A stretch of 64,000 bases of DNA, taken from assembly GCA_040218735.1 (NCBI GenBank), contig JAVJQW010000067.1, positions 32,001-96,000 on the forward strand. Reading direction: 5' to 3'. Below, one piece after another: positions 16,321-26,432 of the stretch. Source of the stretch: Deltaproteobacteria bacterium (GTDB taxonomy: Bacteria; Myxococcota; Kuafuiibacteriia; Kuafuiibacteriales; Kuafuiibacteriaceae). A program made the translations under genes and the position numbers. The notes under the pieces were generated by a model. The model was given only the letters and a program-made list of their open reading frames with translations. It did no database searches and was not told where the DNA came from. The number at the start of each line of letters is the position of its first letter. The stretch's first letter is position 1.

Positions 16321-18114
16321 TCAGCGCTTGCGGGGGCGCGGGAGATCGTACTTCTCGATCTTCTTCACCAGCGTCTGCCGGGAGATGCCGAGCGCGCGGG
16401 CGGCGCGGGTCTGGTTCTGGGCGTGGGCCTCCAGCGCGCGAACGACCCGCTCGCGCTCCTCGGCCTCGCGCGGGGTCAACGGCCGCCCACCCGGCCCCAC
16501 CGGGACCACCGTCATCGCGTGCACGCTCGCGTCCGAGGTCTTGGGGAGCGGCGGGCTCGCGGCCTGCGGCGGTGCGAGCCAGGTCGCGGACATCTTCTCC
16601 ACCGGGAGGTGCGCGCGACCGATGCGGCCGTCCGTCGACAGGAGCACGGCGCGCTCCATGGCGTTCTTCAGCTCGCGCAGATTCCCCGGCCAGTCGTAGC
16701 GCTCGAGGATCGCCTGGGCCTCCGGCTCGATCTTCGGCGGCGCGGTGTTCGCGTCTTCGGCGGCGCGCTCCAGGAACGCGCGCGCGAAGGTCATCAGCTC
16801 GCCCTTGCGCTCGCGCAGCGGCGGGATCGTGAGGGAGACGCCGCACAGCCGGAAGTACAGATCCTCACGGAAGGTGTTCTCGCGGATGCCCTTCTCCAGG
16901 TCACGGTTGGTGGCGGAGACGTAGCGGACGTCGATCGCCTTCGGCGTCAGCGCGCCGAGGCGCTGCACTTCGCCCTGCTCCAGGACCCGGAGCAACTTCA
17001 CTTGCAACGGCAGCGGGAGCTCGCCGAGCTCGTCGAGGAACACCGTGCCGCCGTGGGCGTGTTCGAGGAGGCCCGGCTTGGGCTGGTCGGCGCCGGTGAA
17101 GGCGCCCTTTTCGTACCCGAACAGCTCGCTCTCCAGGAGGTTGGGCGAGAACGCGCCGCAGTTCAGTCGAACGAACGGTTTGCTCGCGCGCGGGGAGCGT
17201 CGGTGGATCTCGGCCGCGAGGACCTCCTTGCCGACACCCGTCTCGCCGAGGATGAGGACGCCGATCTTCCCGCGCGCGACACGTTCGGCGACGCGGAACA
17301 GGTCGACCATCGCGTGGTCCTCGACGATCGGGCGATCCTCGAAGATCGAGTGGTTCGAGCTATCCGCAACCGAGGTTGCGCCGCGCGCGCGTTGGCGGGC
17401 GGCGGCGATCAAGGCGTCGGGGGTGCGGCCGTCCTTGGGGAACTGCGCGACGCCGACGCGCGCCGGGGTGTCGTACCCGTCGAGGTGGGCGATCAGGTCC
17501 GCGGTGAGGCGAGAGGCGCGGTCCCCGCCCCCGAAGAGCAGCACCTCGTACTGGCCCTCCGCGTAGCGACCGATCAGGTCGGTCGGTTCGGCGAGGAGCG
17601 AGAGTGTGCCTTCGACGGCTTCGCGGTCCGCGCCGGTGGGGGCGTCGAGCCAGAGGACGGCGAGCCCGAGCGCGCCGCGTCCTTCCAGGCCGCAGCTCTC
17701 CTCCAGGCGCATCTCGAAGTAGCCCTGCGGCCAGAGGCGACGCGCGCGCGGGCGGTTCGTCTGGCGCTGGACGACGAGCAGAGTCCCGGCGATTTCGACG
17801 ACCTGCCCGGGTTCGAGCAGCGTGCGCTCACCCCCGTTCAGCTCGCGCCCGCTCACGAAGGTGCCGTTGGTACCACCGAGGTCCTCGATGTAGACGTCGT
17901 CGTCGACCTCGATGCGCGCGTGCTGCCGCGACACGAGGGGGTCGTCGATGAAGACGTCGGCGGAGTCGAGGCGGCCGATGGTCAGCGCGCCCGAGTCCGG
18001 GAGTGGGTAGGTCGCGACCGAACCGTCGCCGATGACGGCGAGGAACAGACGTTCGTCGTCGGTGCCGAGCACCGGCAGCGACTCGACGGTGGTGCCGTAA
18101 ACTGTCTCCTCCAA
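16321..18114 (-). CDS. FHA-domain sigma54-dependent transcriptional activator (FHA, GGDEF-like, AAA+, Fis HTH)
   Basis: FHA IGR...VSRQHA...GTNGT; Walker A GETGVGKE, GAFTGA, FLDELGEL, WPGNLREL; NQTRAARALGISR. Confidence 0.93.
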   Translation of the reverse strand: MEETVYGTTVESLPVLGTDDERLFLAVIGDGSVATYPLPDSGALTIGRLDSADVFIDDPLVSRQHARIEVDDDVYIEDLGGTNGTFVSGRELNGGERTLLEPGQVVEIAGTLLVVQRQTNRPRARRLWPQGYFEMRLEESCGLEGRGALGLAVLWLDAPTGADREAVEGTLSLLAEPTDLIGRYAEGQYEVLLFGGGDRASRLTADLIAHLDGYDTPARVGVAQFPKDGRTPDALIAAARQRARGATSVADSSNHSIFEDRPIVEDHAMVDLFRVAERVARGKIGVLILGETGVGKEVLAAEIHRRSPRASKPFVRLNCGAFSPNLLESELFGYEKGAFTGADQPKPGLLEHAHGGTVFLDELGELPLPLQVKLLRVLEQGEVQRLGALTPKAIDVRYVSATNRDLEKGIRENTFREDLYFRLCGVSLTIPPLRERKGELMTFARAFLERAAEDANTAPPKIEPEAQAILERYDWPGNLRELKNAMERAVLLSTDGRIGRAHLPVEKMSATWLAPPQAASPPLPKTSDASVHAMTVVPVGPGGRPLTPREAEERERVVRALEAHAQNQTRAARALGISRQTLVKKIEKYDLPRPRKR

Positions 18115-18215
18115 GGTCTCGCTCGCGCCGCGGATGGTAATGCCGTGACGCGCGCGCCCGCAACGGCTGTGCTAAGTTGGCGCCCGCGCCTCGGCGCAGT
18201 CGAGGGACGATCCGA

Positions 18216-20528
18216 GTGCCGAGCGCCCGACGCCTCTGCCCGCTCTGCGAGAGCGAGATGCCGGACCTGCAGTGTCCCACGCACGACGTGCCGACCATCG
18301 CCGTCGGCGACAGCCAGGGCCCCGCCGCGAAGCTCGAGATCGGCTCCGTCCTCAACGACCGCTACGTGATCGACGGCCTGCTGAGCCAGGGCGGGATGGG
18401 TGCGCTCCTGAGGGCGCGGCGGCTGCCGGAGGGCACGGTGGTCGTGGTGAAGGTGCTGCGCGGGCAGCGGGTCTCCGAGATCCAGAACGTGCGGCGCTTC
18501 TATCAGGAGGCGCGGGTCGCGAGCGCGCTGCACCACCCAAACATCGTCCGCATCATCGAGTTCGGCGTAGACGAAGCGACGCGCGCGCCGTTCATCGCGA
18601 TGGAGTACGTCGACGGGCGAACGCTCAAGGCGCTGATCGGGGAAGCCGGAGCGCTCGACGAGAAGCGCACGGCGGCGCTGTTCGTCCAGATCGCGCGGGC
18701 GCTCCTCGCTGCGCACGACCACGGGATCCTGCATCGCGATCTCAAGCCGTCGAACATCATGGTGAGCCCGCTCTCCGACGGTGAGGAGCACGTGAAGGTG
18801 CTCGACTTCGGACTCGCGAAGATCCTCTCGCCGGATCCGGAGATGTCGCCACTGACCCAGCCCGGAAAGACGGTCGGCACGCCGGCGTACATGAGCCCGG
18901 AGCAGGTGACGCAGCGACCGCAGGACTTCCGCTCGGACCTCTACGGGCTGGGGTGCATGCTGCACGCGGCGCTGACGGGTGGCCCGCCGTTCACGGGCGA
19001 CGATCTGATCGCGGTGATGCGCAAGCAGATGCGCGACCCGCCCCCGCCGCTCCCGGACCGGCTGTTCGACGGGCGCACGCCGACGTTCGGGCTGGTGCAG
19101 CTGCACCGGCAGCTGCTGAAGAAGAGCAAGAACGAGCGGCCCGCGAGCACCGAGGAGGTGGTGCGGACGTTCGAGTCGCTGCTGTCGCGGGACTCACGAT
19201 TGCTGACGACGAGCCCGAAGGAGAAGGCGCACGGGCTGTCGATCATGCCGCTCGGGTTGGGGGAGACGAGCGAGGATCGCGGCGCGATCCAGACGCTCGC
19301 CGCGCAGACGCGCAACGAGCGCGGCTCGGACCGAAGCATCCCCAACGTCGACACCGACCTCGACTCGGTGGAGTCGCTCGAGTCGCAGACCGTCCTGACG
19401 CCCAACTACACGGCGCGTTCGGAGTCGGCGACGCAGCTCGGCGGGATTCCGCCGGCGCTCACGTTCCGCGAGTCGATCGATCCGGCCACGGCGAAGCCGT
19501 TCGCTCCGCGGGATCCGGCGGACGCGGATCTGTCGGACGTGTTTGCGTCGAGTGGGGCCTATCCGGAGGCGACGGATCCCGAGAACGCGGCGTACGATTC
19601 GAACACTTCGAGCGGCGCGACGTTCGGGGACGAAGGGACGGAGGCGACGAACGAGGAGCTGGGGGCGCGGACCGGCAGTGTGTCGTGGAGCGCATTGGCG
19701 CCGACGCCGGCCGACGGGCTCCCGGCGAGCCCTTTGGCGCCTTCGAACGCGACGGAGCCGACGCGCACGAGCGGCGCGACGGACGCTGCGCTGCTCGCGA
19801 CCGGCCCCGCCGACGACTCCGCGTCGGGGCTCGCGACGATGCGGGGTTCGATCTCGGACCTGAGTCAGGTCTCGGAGGACGTGCTGACGACGATCGTGCC
19901 GTCGGATCTCGACGGGTCGGAGATGGTCGATGCGGGGACGCCGATCGTCGACGACGACTTCGAGAACCACACGGACGCGCTGGAGTCGACGCGCCCGATC
20001 GACAAGGAGTCGACGTGGGGGATGGAGCCTTCTCCGCCGGCGCCGGTCGTTCCGGCGCGCGCGCGTGGGTCGCTCGGGCCGGCGACCGAGGATCCCGCGG
20101 CGAGCTTTAGGCCGCTGGAGGAGCTGCCCCCAGCGAAGCCGAGGACCGACGCACGTCGGGGGCGCGGGGTGTTGCTGGTGTTGGCGGGTGCGGTGGTCTG
20201 CGTGTCGGTGGCAGTGGTGGTGTGGTTGGCGCCGGCGCCGCGCGGGACGTCGTCCCAGCGTGCGGCGGCGAACGCGAAGGTGGTCGAGGAGGCGGACGAC
20301 ACGCCGCGGATCGTGCCGCGCGCGCGCCAGGTCTCGGTCGAGTCTCGCCCCAAGGGCGCGGTGGTGTTCCGGGGCGACGAGCGTCTGGGGCGAACGCCGG
20401 TGACGATCGATGCGCCGATGACGACGCAGATCCTCCGGTTCGAGAAGCGCGGGTTCGATCCGGCGCTGGTGGAGATTCGGCCAGACGTGGGTGAGGTGCT
20501 CGAGGTCCAGCTGCGGCGCCGACCCTGA
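18216..20528 (+). CDS. Membrane Ser/Thr protein kinase with N-terminal zinc ribbon, TM helix and PEGA domain
   Basis: CPLC...CPTH; GGMG, VKVL, HRDLKPSN, DFG, GTPAYMSPEQ; ESRPKGA...LGRTP; GAGGGA RBS before GTG at 18216. Confidence 0.9.
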   Translation: MPSARRLCPLCESEMPDLQCPTHDVPTIAVGDSQGPAAKLEIGSVLNDRYVIDGLLSQGGMGALLRARRLPEGTVVVVKVLRGQRVSEIQNVRRFYQEARVASALHHPNIVRIIEFGVDEATRAPFIAMEYVDGRTLKALIGEAGALDEKRTAALFVQIARALLAAHDHGILHRDLKPSNIMVSPLSDGEEHVKVLDFGLAKILSPDPEMSPLTQPGKTVGTPAYMSPEQVTQRPQDFRSDLYGLGCMLHAALTGGPPFTGDDLIAVMRKQMRDPPPPLPDRLFDGRTPTFGLVQLHRQLLKKSKNERPASTEEVVRTFESLLSRDSRLLTTSPKEKAHGLSIMPLGLGETSEDRGAIQTLAAQTRNERGSDRSIPNVDTDLDSVESLESQTVLTPNYTARSESATQLGGIPPALTFRESIDPATAKPFAPRDPADADLSDVFASSGAYPEATDPENAAYDSNTSSGATFGDEGTEATNEELGARTGSVSWSALAPTPADGLPASPLAPSNATEPTRTSGATDAALLATGPADDSASGLATMRGSISDLSQVSEDVLTTIVPSDLDGSEMVDAGTPIVDDDFENHTDALESTRPIDKESTWGMEPSPPAPVVPARARGSLGPATEDPAASFRPLEELPPAKPRTDARRGRGVLLVLAGAVVCVSVAVVVWLAPAPRGTSSQRAAANAKVVEEADDTPRIVPRARQVSVESRPKGAVVFRGDERLGRTPVTIDAPMTTQILRFEKRGFDPALVEIRPDVGEVLEVQLRRRP

Positions 20529-20529
20529 C

Positions 20530-21054
20530 CTACTTGTGGCGGGTGTTGTACTTGCGGATGACCTCGTTGGTGAGGTCGAGGTGCGGCTTGGCGAACAGGA
20601 GGCGGTTCTCCTGTACTTCGAGGATGAGGCTGTATTTCCCCGACTTCCCGATCTCCGCGATGATCTTCTTCATCTTCGTCTGAATCTTGGCGACCTCTTC
20701 GGCCTGCGCCTTCTGGAGCGCTTGGGACTCGCCGACAAAAACCTCCTGGAGCGCCTTGTACTTCTTCTCGAACTCGAGGATGCGCGCGCGGACCTTCGGG
20801 TCGTCCTTGTTGGTCTCCTTCTCGAGGGAGTCCTTGAGGGCCTTCAGCTCGTTCTCGCGCTTGGTGAGATCGGCCTGCTTGACCTTGAACGTCTTCTCCA
20901 GGGCCGAGCGGGCGCGCTTGCCCTCCTCGACCTCCATGATGGCGCGGGCCATGTTGACGTACCCGATGTTGGTGTCATCAGCGCGGGCGACGTCGACCCG
21001 GGCGAGCGTGGCGGCGGCCACTGCGGCCGCGAGCGCGTAACGGAACGTGGACAT
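20530..21054 (-). CDS. skp: OmpH/Skp periplasmic chaperone
   Basis: Signal peptide, IGYVNM, coiled coil, DLTNEVIRKYN. Confidence 0.85.
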   Translation of the reverse strand: MSTFRYALAAAVAAATLARVDVARADDTNIGYVNMARAIMEVEEGKRARSALEKTFKVKQADLTKRENELKALKDSLEKETNKDDPKVRARILEFEKKYKALQEVFVGESQALQKAQAEEVAKIQTKMKKIIAEIGKSGKYSLILEVQENRLLFAKPHLDLTNEVIRKYNTRHK

Positions 21055-21087
21055 AGGACTCCCTCTGACTAAACGCGGCTCCATCCG

Positions 21088-21777
21088 TCAAGGCGAACCG
21101 CCATCCTCTTCTTCGACGGGGGCAGCGGACGGATGTTCACCGGGTGCGGATGCGGCGATGCGCGACGCGTAGACCATCGAGATCACGAGGGCGAGCACCG
21201 ACGGCGCGATGGCGACGGCGATGAGCGTGGGGCCTTCGAAGAGTAATCCGAGGAGCCCGACGGCGCCGGCGAGCATGAACAGCTTCCCGGCGAGGCGGTG
21301 GGTGCGGAGCCAGACGTCGGGGTCGTCGAGCGTCGCGCGGGTCCGGATCCCCATGGCGCTGCCGGGTTCGAGGGCCATGAGGACGGGGCCCATACCGAAC
21401 ATGAGGAGGCCGGTCGCGGCGGGGATCGCGCGGTCGAGGCTGTCGATCATGCCGATGGCGACGGCGAGCACGGAGGCATGCACGGCGAACAGGAACGCGG
21501 TGATCCACAGGACGAGGACGTCGCTGTGGCGGGACGTGGTCTGTTTGACGCGACCGATCGCGCGCAGGACGAGGAGGATGACGAGCGCAAACGCGGGGAC
21601 GACCGCGAAGGTCACGAGCATGCGAGTGCCGCCGGCTTCGCGGGCCGCTTCGGAGACGCGGTTCGTGTAGACCCACGCAGAGAGGAGCACCGAGGCCCAG
21701 ATCATGAGCATCGGGAGGTACCAGCGCGTCGTGGGCGTGGAGGGGAGCGGGACGTCGGCGGGCGCGGGGTCGGTCAC
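21088..21777 (-). CDS. SdpI/YhfL-like membrane protein
   Basis: About 6 TM helices; GIRTRATLDDPDVWLRTHRLAGKLF; GTG at 21777 overlaps the upstream stop. Confidence 0.75.
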   Translation of the reverse strand: MTDPAPADVPLPSTPTTRWYLPMLMIWASVLLSAWVYTNRVSEAAREAGGTRMLVTFAVVPAFALVILLVLRAIGRVKQTTSRHSDVLVLWITAFLFAVHASVLAVAIGMIDSLDRAIPAATGLLMFGMGPVLMALEPGSAMGIRTRATLDDPDVWLRTHRLAGKLFMLAGAVGLLGLLFEGPTLIAVAIAPSVLALVISMVYASRIAASAPGEHPSAAPVEEEDGGSP

Positions 21778-22763
21778 GAGACGATCCCGGAGCTGCGCAG
21801 GACGGTCTTGAAGCGGTCGGCCTCTTCGTTGCCGACCTCCTCGAAGGGGGGGCGGACGTGTGGCTTCACCGGGTGGCCCTGCATCTGGAGGCCCTTCTTG
21901 ATGAGGCGGAACGGGACCGTGGGGCGCAGGAGGAGACCGTCGAGGGGGCGCTGGGCGAGGCGGTTGGCGAGGCGCTTCACGCCGCCCTCCTCGCCCGGGG
22001 GCCGCGGTGGGCCGAGGACTTCGATGCCGGGTTTCAGCTTCTTCTCGAGGCGGCGGATCATGTCGACGTCGCCGCGTTCGACGGCGCCCATCATGCGGGT
22101 GGATTGTTCGGTGGCGAGCATCGCGACGCCGCAGATCACGGCGTTGGCGCCGGCCCGGGCGGATTCGGGGAACGTGAGCGCGCAGCCGGCGAAGACGGTC
22201 CCTTCCTTGGCCTTCATGCGCTTCGCCCACGCGCGGGTCTTCTCGGCGGGTGCGTCGGGCACGAAGACCCCGGCGAGGCGCTCGTGCTGGCCGAGCGTCG
22301 CGAGCTCCTCGGGCGTGAGGCAGTCGGCGGCGTTGTCGGAGCGCAGCGAGAGGTAGGTCGGGACGGTGACGGCGCGGCTGACGCGGTCGAGGTGGCGGTA
22401 CAGCTCGCGGTAACCGAGGCCGGGGATGCGGTGGAGGGCGAGGAGGATGCCGTGGGTGCCGCACTGCTCGGCGTGGCGTGCGAGGTCGACGGCTTCGCGG
22501 GTGGAGACCGCGGAGATGGAGACGATGGTGCTCTTCTTCTCGGCGAGGCGTTTGTGGACGCGCTCGACGATCTTGGTTCGCTCCTCGGCGGTCAGCACGG
22601 CGTCTTCGGCGGCTTCGGTGAGCAGCGCGATCCCGGCGACGTCACGTCGAGCGAGGTAGTCGGTGATGTGGATGAGCGCGGCGTCGTCCACGGCGCCGCC
22701 GTCGTCGAACGGGGTCGGCGCGGCGACAAAGACGCTCGCAAACGGAATGGCGCTTTCGCTCAT
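21774..22763 (-). CDS. DapA/NAL-family TIM-barrel protein with eroded active site
   Basis: PTPFDDGGAVD, L.AEER, STREAVDLARHAE..G, IKKGL..QG....HVRPP; GTTGE, Tyr and Schiff-base Lys motifs are missing. Confidence 0.75.
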   Translation of the reverse strand: MSESAIPFASVFVAAPTPFDDGGAVDDAALIHITDYLARRDVAGIALLTEAAEDAVLTAEERTKIVERVHKRLAEKKSTIVSISAVSTREAVDLARHAEQCGTHGILLALHRIPGLGYRELYRHLDRVSRAVTVPTYLSLRSDNAADCLTPEELATLGQHERLAGVFVPDAPAEKTRAWAKRMKAKEGTVFAGCALTFPESARAGANAVICGVAMLATEQSTRMMGAVERGDVDMIRRLEKKLKPGIEVLGPPRPPGEEGGVKRLANRLAQRPLDGLLLRPTVPFRLIKKGLQMQGHPVKPHVRPPFEEVGNEEADRFKTVLRSSGIVS

Positions 22764-24196
22764 GCGACGCCGAGCTTCTCCAAGAAGAGCTCCCTCAGCT
22801 CCATCGTCTCACGATCTCTGCTTCGAACGCCCGAAATTGCCTCGACGAGCTGGTCGTTGACGCGAACGCGTCCGCGGTCGTCGAGCTCGAGGAGCTCCTC
22901 GAGCGCGAGCTTGGCGAGCTTGGGATCGCCGAGCCCGACGACCTTCACGAGGAGGTTCTGGTCGGGCGGCAACGCGGACTGCCGTCGCCCGGGCGCGTTG
23001 GCGAGGCGCTCGACGAGCTCGTGCGCGATCTTCTTGGCCTTCTTCTTGTCCTCGGACATCCGCAGGGCCGTGGTGAGCGAGTCGATCTCGTTCACGCGGA
23101 CCTCGAAGTCCCCCTGCCCGGCGCGCGCCGCGGCGGCGGGCGCGGTCGGCGTGGACGGCGCGGTCGGCTCGCTCGGCGTGGGCGCGACGCCCTGTGCGGT
23201 CCAGTTGGGCGCCACCTTCTGGAAAGCCGCCTCCGCCTGCGCGCGCTTCTTGGCGGCGACGGTCATCTTCTTCGGCGCATCGGCGGCCCCCGCCGGGCCC
23301 GCGGCGCCGTTCGATGGGGTGGACGCGGCGGTCCGCACGGCCTCGTTGGTCTCGGACTTCGGTGCGGCGGATTTCTTTGGGGCCGCCTTGGGCGCCGCGG
23401 ATTTCCTTGCGGCCGCCTTCGGGACCGAGACCGTCTTCCCGGTCTTCGTCGGAGCGACGGCCTTGGCTGCTCCGGCCTTCGTCGTCTTCCGCGCTGCGGA
23501 TTTCGTTGCGGTCGTCTTCCGCGCTGCGAATTTCGTTGCGGCGGTCTTCCGCGCTGCGGATTTCGTTGCGGCGGTCTTCCGCGCTGCGGATTTCGTTGCG
23601 GTGGTCTTGGACGCTGCGGATTTCTTTGCGGTCGTCTTCCGCGCCGCGGATTTCTTTGCGGTCGTCTTCCGCGCCGCGGATTTCTTTGCGGTCGTCTTCG
23701 TTGCGGTGGCGTTCCGCGCCGCCGCCTTCTTCGCAGCGGTCTTCTTGGGCGCCGTCTTCCGCGCCGCGGATTTCTTTGCGGTCGCCTTGGACGCTGCGGA
23801 TTTCTTTGCGGTCGTCTTCGTTGCGGTGGCGTTCCTTGCGGCCGTCTTCCGCGCTGCGGATTTCTTTGCGGCCGTCTTCCGCACCGTGGATTTCTTTGCG
23901 GCCGTCTTCCGCGCCACGGATTTCTTTGCGTCCGTCTTCCGCGCCACGGATTTCTTTGCGCCCGTCTTCCGCGCCGCGGATTTCTTTGCGGCCGTCTTCC
24001 CGGCTGCGGATTTCTTTGCGGCCGTCTTCCCGGTTGCCGCCTTCTTCGCGCTCGCCTTCCGCGTCGTCGTCTTCTTCGCCGGCGCCTTCTTCTTCGCCGC
24101 CTTCGACTTCGTCCGCCGCGGCGTTCGCACCAGGCTCTTCTTGGACGCCGTGGTCGCGCTCTTCTTCGTCGCCTTCTTCTTCACGCGCTTCGCCAT
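22760..24196 (-). CDS. Histone H1/Hc2-like Lys/Ala-rich protein with helical C-terminal domain
   Basis: MAKRVKKKATKK..., 19 decapeptide repeats, ~115-aa helical C-terminus; stop overlaps the next gene's ATG. Confidence 0.75.
   Translation of the reverse strand: MAKRVKKKATKKSATTASKKSLVRTPRRTKSKAAKKKAPAKKTTTRKASAKKAATGKTAAKKSAAGKTAAKKSAARKTGAKKSVARKTDAKKSVARKTAAKKSTVRKTAAKKSAARKTAARNATATKTTAKKSAASKATAKKSAARKTAPKKTAAKKAAARNATATKTTAKKSAARKTTAKKSAARKTTAKKSAASKTTATKSAARKTAATKSAARKTAATKFAARKTTATKSAARKTTKAGAAKAVAPTKTGKTVSVPKAAARKSAAPKAAPKKSAAPKSETNEAVRTAASTPSNGAAGPAGAADAPKKMTVAAKKRAQAEAAFQKVAPNWTAQGVAPTPSEPTAPSTPTAPAAAARAGQGDFEVRVNEIDSLTTALRMSEDKKKAKKIAHELVERLANAPGRRQSALPPDQNLLVKVVGLGDPKLAKLALEELLELDDRGRVRVNDQLVEAISGVRSRDRETMELRELFLEKLGVA
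23477..24046 (-). repeat. Coding tandem repeat, 19 x 30 bp (consensus KKSAARKT[AT]A)
   Basis: Unit gcggccgtcttccgcgctgcggatttcttt recurs every 30 nt on the + strand. Confidence 0.92.
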
Positions 24197-24224
24197 TCGA
24201 ACTGTCTCCTTCGTTCGGGCTCGA

Positions 24225-26432
24225 CTAGAAGCCCAGGCCACCCTCGTAGGCGGCCGTCAGGTCGGCCAGCGCCACGTCCAGGTGCCCATCGATCTTGAAT
24301 TGGTCGCCCCCGACCACGCCCACGCGCTCACACGGCGCGCCGGCATCCGCCGCGATGCGGGCGAGCTCGTCCGCCGACGACGGCGCCACGGACACGAGGA
24401 TCATCGAGGGCCCTTCGCCGAAGAGCCGAAGTGCCTCGGCCGCGCTCCCCGGCAAGCGCGCCTGCACGCCGCGCCCGCCGCGGATCGCGCTCTCCGCGAG
24501 CGCGACGGCGAACCCGCCCTCCGAGAGGTCGTGCGCGCTCCGCGCGACACCGCCCCGCACCGCCGCCAGACAGGCCGCGTGCACCGCGCGCGCCCGGTCC
24601 AGGTTCGGCTCCGGCGGCCGGCCGGACAGCTTGCCTTGCTCCATCAGCTGCAGCTCGCTGCCTGCGAACGACACGTCGTCCAGCGTCCCCAGCAGGAACA
24701 CCAGATCCCCGTCGTCCACGAAGCCCGCGCCCGTCGCGCGCGCCACGTCATCGACCACGCCGACCATCGCGATCGTCGGCGTCGGCAGGATCGCCCGCCC
24801 CTCCGTCTCGTTGTAGAGCGACACGTTCCCGGAGACGATCGGCGCCGACACCGCGCGGCAGCCCTCGCCCATCCCGCGGATCGCCTCCACGAAGGTCCAC
24901 ATGACCTCCGGCTTCTCCGGATTCCCGAAGTTCAGGCAGTCGGTCGAGGCTTTCGGCTCCGCCCCCACGCACACCAAGTTGCGCGCCGCCTCCAGCACCC
25001 CGAGCAACGTCCCGCGGTACGGATCCAGCCACACGTAGCGCCCGTTCATGTCCGACGTCATCGCGACCCCGCGCGACGTCGAAGTCGTCGGCGCGAGGTC
25101 CGCGTCCGGCAGCCGAATCACCGCCGCGTCACCCCCGCCCGGCCCGATGACCGTCGAGGCGCGCACGCTCGAGTCGTACTGCTCCCAAATCCACTTCTTC
25201 GAAGCGATCGTCGGCTGCGCCAGCAGCGCCAGCAACCGCGCGTCCGCCGCACCCGAGCCGATCGGCGCCTCCTGCCAACGCACGTCGAGGTCCGCCGGTG
25301 GCGCGTACGGCCGGTCGTAGTTCGGCGCGTCCTCCACGATCAGCGGCACCGGCAGATTCACGACGACCTCGTCGCCGTCCTTCACCACCACGTGCCGCGT
25401 ATCGGTCACGACGCCGACCACCGACGAATCGAGCCCCCACTTGTCGAAGATCCGCGAGACCACATCCGTGCGGTCCGGCTTCACCACCATGAGCATCCGC
25501 TCCTGGCTCTCCGACAGCAGCACCTCGTACGGCGTCATCCCCGTCTCGCGCCGCGGCACCTTCGCCACGTCGATCTCGATCCCGAGGCCGCCCTTCGAAG
25601 CCATCTCACACGACGAGCTCGTCAGCCCCGCCGCACCCATGTCCTGGATCGCGACGATCGCGTCTTCCTTCATCAGCTCGAGGCACGCCTCGAGGAGCTT
25701 CTTCTCCGTGAAGGGGTCACCGACCTGCACCCGCGGGCGCTTCGCCTCGCTGCCCTCGCCGAACTCCTCCGACGCCATCGTCGCGCCGTGAATCCCGTCG
25801 CGCCCGGTCTTGCTCCCGACGTACATCACGGTCCCGCCCACGCCGGGCGGCGCCGAACGGAAGATCCGATCCGCACGCAGCACCCCGAGCGTGAACGCAT
25901 TCACCAGGATGTTCCCGTCGTAGCTCGCGTCGAACGCGACCTCGCCGCCGACCGTCGGCACGCCCATGCAATTGCCGTAACCGCCGATCCCCGCGACCAC
26001 GCCCTCCACGAGGAAACGCATCCGCGGCGCATCGAGGCGACCGAACCGCAGCGAGTTCAGCGAAGCCACCGGCCGCGCGCCCATCGTGAAGACGTCGCGC
26101 ATGATCCCACCGACGCCGGTCGCCGCACCCTGGTACGGCTCGATGAACGACGGGTGATTGTGTGACTCCATCTTGAAGCACACCGCGAGCCCGTCCCCGA
26201 CGTCGATCACACCCGCGTTCTCACCGGGCCCCTGCAGCACCCACTCCGCCTCCGTCGGCAGCGTCTTGAGGTGCCGCCGCGAAGACTTGTACGAGCAGTG
26301 CTCGCTCCACATCACGGAGAGGACACCGAGCTCCTCCCACGTCGGGTCGCGCCCCAGACGATCCAGGATCAGCTCCCACTCGTCCTGCGTGAGCCCGTGC
26401 TCCTTCGCGACCTTCGCGTTGACCTCACTCAC
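24225..26432 (-). CDS. purL: Phosphoribosylformylglycinamidine synthase subunit PurL
   Basis: [48 protein letters not shown]; GTG at 26432 overlaps the purQ stop. Confidence 0.97.
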   Translation of the reverse strand: MSEVNAKVAKEHGLTQDEWELILDRLGRDPTWEELGVLSVMWSEHCSYKSSRRHLKTLPTEAEWVLQGPGENAGVIDVGDGLAVCFKMESHNHPSFIEPYQGAATGVGGIMRDVFTMGARPVASLNSLRFGRLDAPRMRFLVEGVVAGIGGYGNCMGVPTVGGEVAFDASYDGNILVNAFTLGVLRADRIFRSAPPGVGGTVMYVGSKTGRDGIHGATMASEEFGEGSEAKRPRVQVGDPFTEKKLLEACLELMKEDAIVAIQDMGAAGLTSSSCEMASKGGLGIEIDVAKVPRRETGMTPYEVLLSESQERMLMVVKPDRTDVVSRIFDKWGLDSSVVGVVTDTRHVVVKDGDEVVVNLPVPLIVEDAPNYDRPYAPPADLDVRWQEAPIGSGAADARLLALLAQPTIASKKWIWEQYDSSVRASTVIGPGGGDAAVIRLPDADLAPTTSTSRGVAMTSDMNGRYVWLDPYRGTLLGVLEAARNLVCVGAEPKASTDCLNFGNPEKPEVMWTFVEAIRGMGEGCRAVSAPIVSGNVSLYNETEGRAILPTPTIAMVGVVDDVARATGAGFVDDGDLVFLLGTLDDVSFAGSELQLMEQGKLSGRPPEPNLDRARAVHAACLAAVRGGVARSAHDLSEGGFAVALAESAIRGGRGVQARLPGSAAEALRLFGEGPSMILVSVAPSSADELARIAADAGAPCERVGVVGGDQFKIDGHLDVALADLTAAYEGGLGF

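Noticed and set aside
21858-26165. 1435-aa + strand ORF and other long antisense ORFs (e.g. 37742-40471, 55208-58093, 8083-10272)
   Set aside because: Shadow frames of well-supported opposite-strand genes. High GC depletes stop codons, and the translations are Arg/Ala/Gly-rich with no motifs.
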